A stretch of 61,309 nucleotides of DNA, the filler included, from Dirinaria sp. TL-2023a (Eukaryota): the NCBI GenBank assembly GCA_051941275.1. It is 7 parts of 7 records of this genome, joined end to end, with 100 filler letters (N's around TTAATTAATTAA, not from the genome) between each part and the next. Parts side by side here need not be neighbours in the genome. Positions count along the whole stretch, not along the records: positions 43,898 to 52,560 come from JAVEBF010001154.1; positions 52,661 to 61,309 come from JAVEBF010001155.1; 5 more parts are not named here. One strand, 5' to 3'. The notes under the pieces are model-generated. The model had not been told where the DNA came from and ran no database searches. It saw only the letters and a list, made by a program, of their open reading frames with translations. Shown here piece after piece: positions 49,109-61,309 of this stretch (the stretch's first letter is position 1; each line of letters opens with the position of its first letter). The position numbers and the translations under genes are program-made.

Positions 49109-50148
49109 ATGTCTTTCCTCCTACTCTGCTCTCTGCTCGGTATTCACATCAGCCTCAGCAATGCTGTTGCTCTTCCTAGCTATGCTCTGTACAACCTTCG
49201 CAATACCAATGTCACCCTCCCCCCTCCAACATCCTTTAGCGGCGAGGAACATTCATGGCAACGGAATGTATACATTCTCCAGGTGACTCGAATTGCCCTC
49301 CTTATTTTCCTGGCTATCTCCATGCACATCATATACGCTCGTTGGCAGCTCAGCAAGCATCACCGTCACACTGGCTCCGAAAATCCACATAGTAAGTCGA
49401 AATCTCCTCGTCAATCGATTTGGCACACGAATCAATTGACTGATGATTTAGTGGCCATGCGTCCGCAAATGGAGGTGGGCCTGGAGAGCATGAGCTTCGC
49501 TGTCGGTGTCGTCGGCGATAACGAGCCCGATATCTCAGCCCAAACCATCCGGACCGATGTGGCAGTCGAGCCTGCGCCTGCGATTAGCGTGCAACTTGGA
49601 GAATTACGTGATGCGTCGCGTGCCCATCAGCCTTTATCGTCCAGCGAGCGAGCCTCTGGTCACGCGGAAGCACCCATTTCCTTGCATGGCTCCAGTCAAG
49701 CAATTGAGACGACAGCCCGGAACAATGTAAGTATCGTAATTCTTGAGCCTCACAAATTCTTACTGGCAGGAACCAGTAATACGCACTGTATGCTGTTTTC
49801 TTGAGGCTAAGACGAGATCCGTAAAGAGGCGCAGTTGTAAGCAGTAATAGCCAGAGGTGCTCGATTGGGCGCAATTTGTAATTGTGTGGCTGTCTTTCTT
49901 ATCTGCAAGCTCGTTGCATAATAGAGTTTGGAACCCACAGCCACTTAGAGAAAGTAGTCACGGGGCCACTTTTGCTATTTGTATTCATGCCCTTGAAACC
50001 TGCTCCGACGACCATTGGAAAACTTCTGGAATCGCTCAATGCTCCTGATACCTCCAGGGAACTGACTACGGAAAGAAATTCCCTTCTAAGAAAGCTTGAT
50101 ATCGGAGCAGCGGACCGCTCAGCTTGCGTTTCCAAGATACCTCAGTGA
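49109..50148 (+). CDS. Hypothetical single-pass membrane/secreted protein
   Basis: Signal-like MSFLLLCSLLGIHISLSNA, then TM-like IALLIFLAISMHIIYA followed by basic residues. Donors GTAAGT at 49727 and GTAAGC at 49837 suggest small 3' exons ending near 50148. TATA-like tatata at ~49095. Confidence 0.45.
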
Positions 50149-50796
50149 TTTTGTGGACGGAGAAAGATTCCGGCATGGAATCTTACATGAGAATCGACCG
50201 TGTAAGACAGCAACAAATGAGATTCCGTACAACTAACAGAAATCGATGAAATGTTACAGGGTCCTTCGAGTCAAGGCCAGGGCTTCAGCAGCGATTATTG
50301 GAGGGGCCGGTTTGGAATGCTAGCAACTGACGTCACGATATGATGAAAAGATAATGCCTTCATGTAAGGTAACATTTCTTCGGGTACAGCAGCAAATATC
50401 GAGAAAGTCCCTGAAGTTATCGCGCAAATGAGCTTTGCCTTGATTGAATATTCCTGGGGGAGTCGGGGAGACCCTCGGACTATTCGTCAAGCTTGGCGCT
50501 AGCGGAGTCTTGGCTCGGTGGTTGCGACGAAGCCGACCTTTCCTATCTGGGAGTCTGGTCAAGGACTGGTTTCGCGTTACGCGTGCCTTGATGCCTTCCA
50601 TCAGCTAGAACCTTGCTTTACCCTTACCTTATCAAGTCTCCCGCCTATCCTTCTTGGAAAGTCATACCACCATCCCGCCATGAAAACCGAGAGCATAGAA
50701 GGGAGACCCAGTCACATTCAAACCCTTTCACCACGCGATAGCTGACAGCAACCAGGCGGCTATCTACAGCCCCGTTCTTTTAGTGATCTCGAGACA

Positions 50797-51509
50797 TGGA
50801 ACATTCCCTATCACTTCGATTCCGCCCGTTCCGCTAGGCTTCTGCCCAAGTTACAAGGCTTGCATTGGAACAGCTCAACCGTGCGCTCTTATTCAGCCTA
50901 CGGCCCACACGCAAAGAGAGCTACCGCTGTGCAACCCTCCTCGCAGTCGAAGGACTTCAAGTGCGGTTTGAGCAACAAAGCTTTCAAAGGCTGGCTGATA
51001 TTGCGAGACACCCTTACCTGCGTGCCTTCATTAAAACGTTAATTTTTAGCCTGGAAGTGCTCATTGATGTGGACTACGAACAGTTCGAGGAGTACACATA
51101 TGGTGGTGCTTTCGAATTGGAACCCGGGAAATTAGCAGTCGAGCTTCAGAAAGCCACCAGGGCAAATTATCAAGTATTATTCCAGATACATAGCGCTCAC
51201 AGGCAATCTGGACCCAATTATGCAATGTTGGCAAAGTCTCTTGGAGTCTTTCCGTCCCTTAGGACGATCCACTTTCGACCATGACAGTGAGCTCATTGAA
51301 GTGAATGGGAAGGCAAATTTTTGAAGAAGGGAAAAGCGGCTACGAGTACACATGCTGGCAGTTCCTCTCTAGGTTCGGAAAATCTGGTTCGACGAGAAGG
51401 ACAACAGCTACATACCCTCTTTAGAGTACTGACCGTAACAGCAAAAGAGCTAACCCAGCTGTCGTTGAGGCTCTGGTCAGATAACTTCGGAGTGGTAAGC
51501 TTTAACTAA
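50797..51509 (+). pseudogene. Decayed F-box-associated protein gene
   Basis: The segment LFSLR..CATLLAVEGLQVRFEQQSFQRLADIARHPYLRAFIKTLIF..LAKSLGVFPSLRTI resembles the region following fungal F-box motifs. In-frame stops occur before it (50835) and after it (51282). Confidence 0.5.
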
Positions 51510-52344
51510 ACTATTAGTCCCTACATGCTATTCTCCTCCCTTTTTGCCCTGCTAACACCCTATCCTATTCATTCCTCTTTGCGGGAATCGTAATTGACGT
51601 TTTTTCCGTACCGAGGCGGAGAATACGTCTAACTATATAAAACCATTCAGTTTTCCTGACATATCTCTCTCTTATTTCTCTTGAAACTAAGATGTTCCAA
51701 GACTTTCGAATGAGTGATCTTGAGAGAGAGTTGAAGACCGAATTGAAACGCATAACAAATACCTTTTTAAATTCCCTTAGGGTTCATATCAAGTGACTCT
51801 GTCGTGGGAAGGAAGGGCACCATAGCTACTTACATCAATTCCCATAGGCTCGAATCACAATGCAGAACTATATACATTAGCTACCTTAACCCCCGGTATC
51901 CCTCTTCTACTTCAAAGATTTCAGAATTTCAATTCAATATACCCTGTGTACATTTCACTCTCCATTACAGAATATAATTTTTTTTATCCAGAAGAAGGGA
52001 AACCAGACGAATTGCATCCCTGTCTCTGTGTGAACACCCCATCAACACTCACACATACACATATCAACACACACACACACAATGTATCATGACATTCACC
52101 TCTGCGCTATTAGTCCTACCACCTCCCCTTACGCTCCCTTCCACTTCCAAAGGCCTTGCTTTTCCAATCCCCAAAACAAGAGCTCCCCCCCTTCTTAGCT
52201 TTGGCTTTATCTTTGATTCTTCTTCTTCCTGCTGCAAACCCGTACGAACTCCAGGAAACATCCGTGGTCTCCTTATCACCAAGTTTCCGAACAAAAGGAA
52301 AAAGCAAAACTTCTATACTGGGATCAGGGGAAGGGGATAGATAA

Positions 52345-52560
52345 ATGGCATTCAAAGGATTCGGCCAACCCATCCCACGGGAAGGAGGAGGAGCACGAGG
52401 AGGAGGATATAGACCAGATCCAAGTCAGCAGCAGGAGGAAGAGGGAGCCCATAATCCCTCTATCCCACAACGGTCGCAGCACGAAGATCGTAGCGGATGG
52501 CAGCATGGAGCCGATCAAGCAGCAAATTCCCAAACCACCGTTTCTAGAAGAAGTAAGTCC
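52345..52560 (+). CDS. 5' exon of an unknown gene, truncated by contig end
   Basis: ATG in good context (taaATGG), low-complexity open frame, GTAAGT donor at 52552. Confidence 0.35.
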
Positions 52561-52660
52561 NNNNNNNNNNNNNNNNNNNNNNNNNNNNNNNNNNNNNNNN
52601 NNNNTTAATTAATTAANNNNNNNNNNNNNNNNNNNNNNNNNNNNNNNNNNNNNNNNNNNN
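52561..52660. other. Artificial contig spacer
   Basis: N44-TTAATTAATTAA-N44. Confidence 0.99.
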
Positions 52661-53848
52661 AATATCTTCATCGCGATGTGCCTGCCTGTCTGTCTGTCTG
52701 TCTGATCCCACAGTATATGCAACGGCTAACATCGAAAATCTGAAGAGTAAAATAGATACTTAGAATCTCATAAGAATCAATATTGAGAACAAGAGAGTTG
52801 AGGAAAGAGACTAACCACCCCTTTTCCACGTTAACGACGAAACGGTCACGAATTAAAGATGAGGTGGAAGAGAAAAGACAAAATGTAAAAGTATCTACTA
52901 AAAAGATGTGGATATGCTTTCGCTAAAAATTTCATTAGTCGCTTGATGCATTATTAGGTATTTCATACATCGAATATCTATCGCCCGAATGTATAAATGC
53001 AGAGCCCTGCATTCTTAAATTATCTTCATATATATGCCAATAAACGATCAACGAAATCTGACCACGCGTTCGTGCAAACGAGTAACATCGAGATAAATGT
53101 GTTTGGCATCAGGTGTGTCAGTCTGGCAACAATCTCATTCAACAGATAGAGATATGATCTTTGCTTCGATTATTTTTGGCAAAGACTACCGCAAACACCT
53201 ACCATCGATCTTAGAAAATTACTGTAACTTCCAACAAGTGTAGAAAGGCGAAGAAAGCGAGCATACACCAAACACAGATCTCGGCGTGTGGATATTTTAT
53301 TTTCCGATAGAGGGGATTTAATGGTAGATTTTTCAAGATATTTCAACGGTGGTCTGTCGAAGCATTTATTATTCGAATACGATTTTCGAGTCAATTGGAG
53401 AGGGGGGGAAGGGGGGGGGGGGAAGGAATAGGATTGGGAGAGCTGTTCAAGTTTTACTATTTGATTTGGATTAGTTGGTTTTTAGTAATTGATACTCGGG
53501 AGATCTAGCGCTGATTCTCATGACTTCATTTTGTGGAAGATGATTCTGTGTCAATGTTCAGTTGTTATTGCGAGACTCTCTGTCCAAATGGTAGGATTGG
53601 ACTTCAAATTTCGAGCTTGAGGACCGATATACCTCTCTTACTACTGATTGTGTTGGTGTGAAGGACAATATAATGAGTGTAATTTGACGGCCTCAATTTG
53701 TGCGGTTCTTAGTGCGTCAATCACAATACGCAAATATCATGCCTCGATCTTAAAACTACTGTCACTGTTCAAACGGAAGCTCAAAGGTTCAAATGGAGCC
53801 TATCTCTCTCACATAGCCCAGAACTGAATCCTTGGCTGAATAGGTTGC

Positions 53849-56221
53849 TCACAGTTTCCCAAAAACCTTCTGCGTGTTTTGCAATAGGGCTTGAGAGGGG
53901 GGAGCTTGCCCGTGCATATTTTCCTTCTGAGATTGCAACCTAGGAACTTGCGCCTCCAGCCCCTGGTTTTGCTCCCGATCCTCTGGCGATTGCATTCTGA
54001 CCTTGGCGGCAGTGGGATGATTGACGTTGAAAGTCTTTGCTGGCTTCCAGTTGTAGCACTCATGCTGTACGATAGGGGGACTAAAAGGCCCGGAAAGATG
54101 CGTTACATCTCCACAGTAGGAGACCTGCGGCGTGAAGCCGAAATTGTAGGCGCACCACCAAGCCAAGTTGTGCAGGTCGTCGAAATATTTATCACTGGGT
54201 AAGTACTGTGAGTCAGGCTTCTGGCCTTGCATCACACCGTACCACTGGCCCCACTCGCAAACGGGAACGTTGTAGGCGCATGGCTGGGTCATGTCGAACT
54301 TGACGTCGCTGGTATTTGCATTAATCGGCTGTTGAGGCGGGTTCTGGTAGAGATTGATGGTTGTGTCAACTCTATCAAATGGCATGTAACAAGCGTAGCT
54401 CGACGAGGCCACGCTTACAAGATTTGTTTGGAGGATGTTGGTGACGTTCTGGAAGGGATAATAGACCTGTATGTTGTATCCCACAATGGGTAAAACCACC
54501 GTGTCTTGGTCATTGCACCAGGCGACGTTCTTGTAGTTGCTGCTGCTGATGTAATGAGCGTACTCATCGGCGATGGCTTGCGTACAGGCAACATGGGGAT
54601 GCATCCTGACGACAGGAATGTACATTAAGAAGACGCTCTGCGCCTTCATAGACTGCATTGCTATTTTTGTCTGGAAGTACGGTTGTAAGTTTGACCAGAC
54701 GTTCGACGCGTCAGGCTTGACAGTTTCCGGATCTTTCATAATCCAGCGGCCATCCTCGACAACTTTTGTAAGGCCAGCGATGGACTGAGTTACTGATCGG
54801 GACATGTCATGAATCGCATTCTTGGCGTTGTTCGTCTGTGTGGACAGCGTTGCGACGTAATTGATCCATGACTGGTGGTTGTTGGGAGTGACTATAACAG
54901 GTTGCCCAGGGTTTTGATGGAGTTGGTCGATGAGAGTTTCTAAACCTGCATAAGGGCTTAAGTTAGCCCATTCGTCAAGAAAGAAAGGCGGTTTGACGTC
55001 GGAAGGGTGGTCGCTTGCTGCCATCACCAAGACCACGTATCACACCATCAAGGCGGTATCTACAGCGCTCTCGGAGCAGACTGCCCGGTGGCGAAAAGGG
55101 CAATGGCAGAGGATGCCTCAACGGAGCAAACGGCCAATGGCCCTGTGAGAAAGAGAAAGACTGAAGAAGAGTCTTGCATTTCACTGACCTGTTGCGATCA
55201 GATAAGCGACGCTTCCAATTTCTGGGATGAGTCCAATCGCAGCATTAATGATTCCCTCGGCAATCGGGGTTGGGTCGTACGGAGAGCCGGTCGTCTTTTG
55301 CCACCAGAAACTGTCGAATGCCACTTCGCCTTGGGTACTGACCTGGTTCAATATGGTCTGAAGTATGGCCTTGTTGTTGCTCATATATCCTTCAAAAGTT
55401 GCAATTTGATGGTTTATCCAATCCGCACAAGTGTCCAACGGAGGGAAATCGCAGGCCGCGTTATCATCAGTGCACCCATATCCCCTCCAACCGAGTTCGG
55501 ACATGAGATCAACTAGGTAGTCAGATGTCTCTCCAATGATGCCAGTAGTTCGAGCCACGTGGTTAATATAATTGTCCATTCCCAAATTCTTCCAGACGGC
55601 CGGTGACTCCCAACTGGTGGACGTGCGAGTAAAGTTGCAGTCGGGTGGATTGGGTCTTTGGAGGCTCCATACATAGCTAGGGGTGCCGTTGTCAGTAAAG
55701 TAGTCCTCAGGGTCGTACATCTTGTTAGAAAATCGGCATTCGTAGGTTGGCACGCAATTGTTGAAGTCCTCTTCCACAATGGTGATTACATTGAAGGACA
55801 AACAAGCCAGATCAGTGTCGCATATCGACGAACAAGAGCTGACCGCATTGGCATAAGAATTGGAGTCCGGATATTGACTTGGACCACTCGCCCAGAGACT
55901 TCCGTAAGTGCTTGCGAGGATGTTGCCATTCTGACTTCCCATGGGGAAGTAGTGCCAGTCCGCCGTGCTCAGATAAGGACTGGCACTGGGTATATCCGTC
56001 GGAGTTATCTGCGACGGGTTCCATGTGCAGGGATTTGCATTGTAGACCTTCTCTTTGGCTTGCAGGTGAGCGGGTGCTGGCGTAACCTGACTCCTGGAAA
56101 TGTCCTGAACAGTGTCCGGGAGTAATCCTGAATAAGCTTCGTCCTGGCCCAGTGGAGAGGTGCTACCCAAAGCTGATTGCAGCACAAGAAGTGGCAAATA
56201 GCTGTAACGAGCTAACTTCAT
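53849..56221 (-). CDS. Large secreted Cys-rich protein with PAN/apple-like module and central amphipathic helices
   Basis: Signal peptide MKLARYSYLPLLVLQSALG; PAN-like CSSICDTDLACLSFNV..YECRF; WKNLGMDNYI..YGCTDDNAACDFPPLDTC; GIINAAIGLIPEIGSVAYLIATG. Clear intron at 55143-55188. Joining to the 395-aa 3' ORF needs a second, weaker ~50-nt intron (GTAGAT..CAAG) around 55014-55063. Confidence 0.7.
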
Positions 56222-58426
56222 GTTGCAAAATAATTTGAATGGCCTTCTCAATCAGCTCAACGAAGGACTTCTGTGAGCTTCTTGAATATGCAAGCAAAGT
56301 GTATATTCAACCTTGAGGGGCTGGCTCTCTCCGGTTATATCAGCTCGTCGAAACCGCAAAACGGGGGTGATCGAATCTTCCCACACCGTTTCGATAATCT
56401 GCATAAGTAGTAAACGCACGACCCGTCACTCCCAGTACTTCAGCATCTGCTAGGTCACACCTCTGTCATTGTAGACTTAGATTTATTCGATCCAACGTGC
56501 ATTGGGCAAGGATGTGCGGAGTTACTGAGAAATCGAAAGTCTAATGCACAGTGTAATCTGTGGGCCTGGAGGAGCCCCGTGGTTGACGGACTCTCCGTGA
56601 TTTGGAAGCTCGAACATTGCCCCGTTCTGCAGCCATTCAGCACGCGCATACACACCGATCGTGTGCTATCGACTCTTTCTATCCAGCCAACACCCATCAC
56701 TCGTTCACACCGTCGCCAACTATCCGCCTAAAGTTTTGTCTAATAGAGGAAGGTGTAGCATGCAGCCAGAGTGACAACCTTGCTTCATCGGCATTGCCCT
56801 TATGAGATCTTCCATTATCACGTAGGCTCCCAAGGTGCTTTTATCAACAAAAATCTTAATCTTGGCCGGCCACGGGAGATCTGCCCTTGTATGCTCGTAT
56901 CGTGTGGCGTTCTACCTTGCAGAAGGCTATCGCCACTCCTCGTATTTTCGTTAATCCCTACCCAAAAGCGAAGCATCCCGCACCAAGTGCATTTTTCACC
57001 AGACCGTGCACTTCTCGTAATCCGGGTTAGAGCGAACCCATGTACTGGAATACGAGGAGGCTCTGGAAAAATGTACGATGTCGTCGACATAGTCGAGGTG
57101 AAGCATGAACCTGCACAGACGAACTGGCGCGCGTAAAGTGAACACTGATCGTGGAGCGGCTTATTCGATGAGTCTAGGTTTCGGACTGAGACTATCTTAT
57201 CAGCCCGAACCGCGACTTAGGGGATGGCTGTTGGCCAGATCTCGTCAGATGCGTCACAAGTTGCCGCCCGACTGTCCCATCTCACCATCCTCTTTTTATC
57301 GGAGATATTGGGAAACATGTTGGATTACAGCAATTAGTCGCTAGAACACGGATTGAGATCCTGTACATCTCATCCAATCTGAACTCGCAAGGCTTTGGTG
57401 ATCGTACCAGACCACAACGGTGGTTAATCAATTCCCCAGATTTTTGCTACAATTTTCAAGCGTTGCATCATATTCTATACGGGCCACGGAGACCTATTCC
57501 CACGTACCTCATTCGCAGTCCCTCAAATGTTAAAAAAGCTATTAGCCGGTTTCAAAAGACCGAATTAAGGTAGGCTCAGAGGGCAGTGTGGCGATGCGTA
57601 CGCCAGCAGCAAAATTTTCGAGTTGGCTTGCCAAGACCCCCTATAACTTGGCAAAGTGAACCATTGCCGTAAGGTATTTATCAACGCTTTCAAGTAGCTC
57701 ACGCTTTTTTGTTTCCACGCATTGAGGTGCTGTCCAACAAACGGTTGAATTGCCTGAAGTATCCGAGTCAGTGGCAATATTTGAATATTGAGGTTTACCC
57801 ACCCACCGGTGCCAAATGATACACACTTGCTCAATGCCCTCTGAGGAGAGGGCTGCACGTAACAAATGATGAAACGATCAATCAATGATCAATTAACGTC
57901 AAAGCGTGAACTCGTCCAAAAGCCAACAGCAGGCGTTAAAGCAGTCTTTGAAACTCGAGGTGAATCCCTGAACAGTGCACCATATCGGTGCATGGGATAA
58001 TCACAGACACAATAGTGAAGTTTGAGCTTAAATAGAGAACAATCATTCTCGGAGCCCCAAAAGTGGAGGGGAAAGGGATTATTAGCGTCACACAACGGAG
58101 ATAAAAAACAGACATCACTCACAACCGTGTCATGAACTCGATTATCTTATGTACAAGCCATAAAGGCATTTCGCACCTTGAACGGTCGAGTTCAAGCGTA
58201 AAGCATGGTTCTTCAGCATCTACTGTCACACCTGGATTGTGTTTTGTAGCGTGCATGCCTCCCGTAGAGTTCCGGGCATGAAGGAGCAAAGCATTGCTCA
58301 GTAGCCGTCCGAGTGGTGTATATAAAATTTTAGATTTGTGTGCCTTAGTATACATACTCACGATGCTCCTACTTTAAAGGCACTTTTCAGTATCCAACTT
58401 TTTTTTTACCCAATCACCGGCGCACA

Positions 58427-59963
58427 TCATTCAGTGTACTCAATCCCATTTCTATAAGTCGGAGCCCTCTGTCCGGCAGTGTCGGGCCCAATCTTGGTTT
58501 TGACAGAATGCTCGCCTGTGAATATAGTTCCCATCTCCTCATCATGCTTAATGGGGTAGTCGGTCATATCATAGGTGTTAGGTAGGCTACCAGCTCCAGC
58601 CGAATTACCCCTGAGTTGCGCAGTACTACTTTTATTGCTAAGCTTTATCCCGTTTGAGTTGAAGCGCTGGGCATCCGTTTCTCCACGCTTAGGATATCCT
58701 CTGCGTTCACTACTGAGACGTGATGACAACGCGGCATGGGCCGAGCGAAGAAGTGGACGGAAGGTGACAAGGCAGGGGCATAGGATTCCGAGGAGGAGCT
58801 CAGCATTTGTCCACCAGGAGACGGGCACGATAGTATCTGCGAGGATCGAATTAGAATTCACAAGACTGACCACACACGCCGGAAGAGCAGACACTTACAG
58901 GTAATGTCATCATCATTAATTCCGCCAAAAACAACTAGCCGGGCAATGGTCGCTACCAAAGTCAAGGCGCCCAGGCAGAATATCAAACTTATTCCCATTT
59001 TTTGCATCCGAGTCATGCTCAATTTCCATATAATGGTGAGTGGGAGAAAGAGTAATATGGTGTCTGTCGCGATGTTGAACCCAGCGTTACCTCTGTAAAG
59101 CTTCACGAGGTCGATACTGCGCACGGCGGTGACGTTAGGATCCCAGTAAGCGCGGGCAGGGATGACAGCCATAGTGTCGACAAGGAATGTGCTGATGCCA
59201 TAGCAGGTGAAAAGTACTACAAACGCTGTGCAGACGTGGCGGACTGATTGTTATCAGCAGGATTGAGTCGCAGATTCTGGACTTCACGGACTCACACCAG
59301 GTTTGAACAAATATTCGGCGGTAGAGCAGAACAAGCGAGATGCGGGAGAGAGGATAGCCAGTTGTATAGAAAAGGTTGCAGGTGTAATCGCGCTGTGATT
59401 CGCTGTCAGGACAGCCTTTGGATGGTCAAGCGATTACATGTAGCGCTATGCAGGCAGTCGAGCCCTCCATGCTTTTCTATACCATGATCGCCGGAGCGAT
59501 GTCCAAGTGAAAGGGAAAGGAAAGACAAAAGGACAACGGACTTACTTTCAAATACTCAGTCTGCCATGCTGGATCGACCGCGAACCAATGTCGGCCCATG
59601 GCTCCATGGTACACTTTTCAACCATCAGCTTCTAATCACTTCTAAGAAAAACCCAATTTTTTTTTCCGCAGCATTCGTGGTCTTTGAAGTTCTGACCTGA
59701 ATGCTCATTGTGGCATGTGAGGCGAGCCTACCAGGATCGGTCAATTCGACCGCGATAATCGAAAGCACCGCCGCAACGATCAGTGTATAGTCATCAGCTT
59801 GCAACGAGATGCCTGCGAGCTCGCGGCTCCACACGCGTAGTATTGTGGCCACGAGTACGATTACCGACCCAGTGATGCTGAACGCGGTGAGCCCTCCGGC
59901 AGAGTTGTCATTCCAATGAGCTTGTTGATAGGCGACTTCTTCCGGTGTCAATGGGTTTGACAT
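58427..59963 (-). CDS. PTH11-like integral membrane protein (fungal rhodopsin domain, no CFEM seen), multi-exon
   Basis: VLVATILRVWSR..LQADDYTL; HG.GRH exon at ~59545-59615; KLAILSLYRRIF-like and VIPARAYWD..FNIATDTILLFLPLTIIWKLSMTRMQKMGISLIFCLG; WTNAELLLGILCPCLVTFRPL. Confidence 0.88.
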
Positions 59964-60904
59964 TGTTGCTCTTGCTGTAAAGCTCCTTGGTTGCGGCAGA
60001 AGCAGCCATGAGATGTGTGACAGAGCAAGGGCGTAGAAATTCTTCCTTCAAGTCCTGGCAGAACAATAATACAGGAGAGCTTTGCAACTTACAATACGTA
60101 ATAGGCACGCCCAGAGCATGGACCAGCTGATTAGTGTCTTGCTAATGACATCCTCTACCCGCGCAACTCGTAGATCGAATGTTCGCACAAACTCAAAGCT
60201 GTGAGCGCCAACATTTAGCAGCGGGAAAGAGTGATCCTCTCTCAGTCGCGGCATGTTTTTGATGGCGATTGGCACCATTCTGAGACGTAGGAAACCGAAA
60301 AACAGTTGGATTTCTATGTGCGAAAATCCGCCTTAGAGGTACGGACAATTTTCTGAAATCTGTGCTCTGGCTGCGAGAACGATTGGTAACTCCAAGAACT
60401 GAGACAGCTTTAGCGTGGGATTCCCGAGCTCTAATTTGCAAGGCGCCCAGACCGGCGCAGTTCGCGCAACGCATGCATAACCGATACATTACCCAGCATC
60501 ACCCGGAATCAACCGGGATCGCCCAGGGTCGCCCTACTTTAAGACGCCGCTCCCCCAAGACCCAATGAGGGGTGGAAGCCGGGGCGAACTCCTGTCTTTG
60601 GCGTTCAGCCCACGCCGCTCAACATCGCGCTCTAGCTGCTGATCAAAACATACCTTACTCATAACGATTCTGTCTTCTCTTAAATCATAATTCAAAATCT
60701 CATGCGGTGTCTGCGCTGCAGCACATACACTAATCAGTCTATGCCAGCAAGCACACCCATTGATTTAGCGAACTCTTTCAAGAAATGGATTGAAAAGATG
60801 AAAAAACCAGCAGTAATATAACCCACGCAATAATACTCTCACCACCATACAACACCTCGCAGATAATAATCAAACACTTCTAATCTCTCGAAAATGAAAC
60901 CTTG

Positions 60905-61141
60905 CTAACAATTCTCTATCTCTCTCTCCCATTCCTCCCCTTTCCCCTCGCTTTTTCCCCAGTCATCGCTTACAGCAGCAATCATATCCTCCGCTTCCTG
61001 AGCTTCTTCATCCGCCGTGCGATGCTGGTACCGATGTCGAGAGTAGAACACGGGACAGCCGGGACAGTTATGTCCACAGGCCTCGCAATATTGTTGGGAA
61101 GAGTTGTTACGCAAGCCACAGTCGCAGCATACCCATTCCAT
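60905..61141 (-). CDS. Small protein with RanBP2-like/Cys zinc ribbon and acidic tail
   Basis: MEWVCCDCGLRNNSSQQYCEACGHNCPGC (WxC..C..N..CxxC pattern) plus a Glu-rich C-terminus; good ATG context. The 3' end may be spliced (GTAAGC within the ORF). Confidence 0.6.
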   Translation of the reverse strand: MEWVCCDCGLRNNSSQQYCEACGHNCPGCPVFYSRHRYQHRTADEEAQEAEDMIAAVSDDWGKSEGKGEEWEREIENC

Positions 61142-61309
61142 GGTCGTTCTTTTTCTCTCTCTCTCTCTCTCTCCCTCTTTTTTCTTTGGTGGAGAGCTGA
61201 GTTGAAGTTGTTGGGGGTTTAGCTGAAGGGGGGAGGAGGGGCGTGTGAGAGCGAGAGTGTGGACTGAGAGGGCTGATTTGAAGGGCTGGTATGATGAGGA
61301 GAGAAAAAG

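Noticed and set aside
52050..52081. (CA)n tract, and similar microsatellites or homopolymers at 17186, 52680, 53402 and 61155
   Set aside because: Ordinary simple repeats with no further structure.
8700..52660. Regularly spaced TTAATTAATTAA palindromes as a repeat array or CRISPR-like system
   Set aside because: Always embedded in exactly 44+44 Ns; this is an assembly linker with stops in all six frames.
56300..58400. Multiple short ORFs between the secreted protein and the PTH11-like gene
   Set aside because: No coding signature or motifs; treated as intergenic.

Overview
Eukaryotic DNA from a filamentous ascomycete, with short GT..AG introns and CTRAY-type branch sites; a lichen-forming fungus is my guess from the gene families but I cannot prove it. 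The window is not one locus. It is seven unrelated ~8.65-8.70 kb contigs joined by artificial 100-bp spacers (N44-TTAATTAATTAA-N44) in descending size order, so no synteny should be inferred across spacers. Recognisable genes are an STL1-like sugar porter (partial), a secreted Cys-rich/CBM-like protein, a TGL1/YEH-type lipase, PET191/COA5 (partial), NoxR, kynureninase, ISA2, an MFS transporter next to an O-methyltransferase, a frameshifted F-box gene, a PTR2 peptide transporter, a Zn2Cys6+C2H2 transcription factor, a large secreted PAN-like protein, a PTH11-like membrane protein and several orphan secreted proteins. A decayed Ty1/copia LTR-gag remnant is also present. I cannot demonstrate a new multi-gene system. 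The most interesting signals are (1) a RIP-like C-to-T mutation pattern biased to CpC (TGG to TGA, Pro to Ser) rather than canonical CpA, seen on two separate contigs, (2) a PD-(D/E)xK-like ORF with an altered ExK motif, (3) the hybrid zinc-cluster/multi-C2H2 regulator, and (4) a secreted lectin-plus-amphipathic-helix protein.
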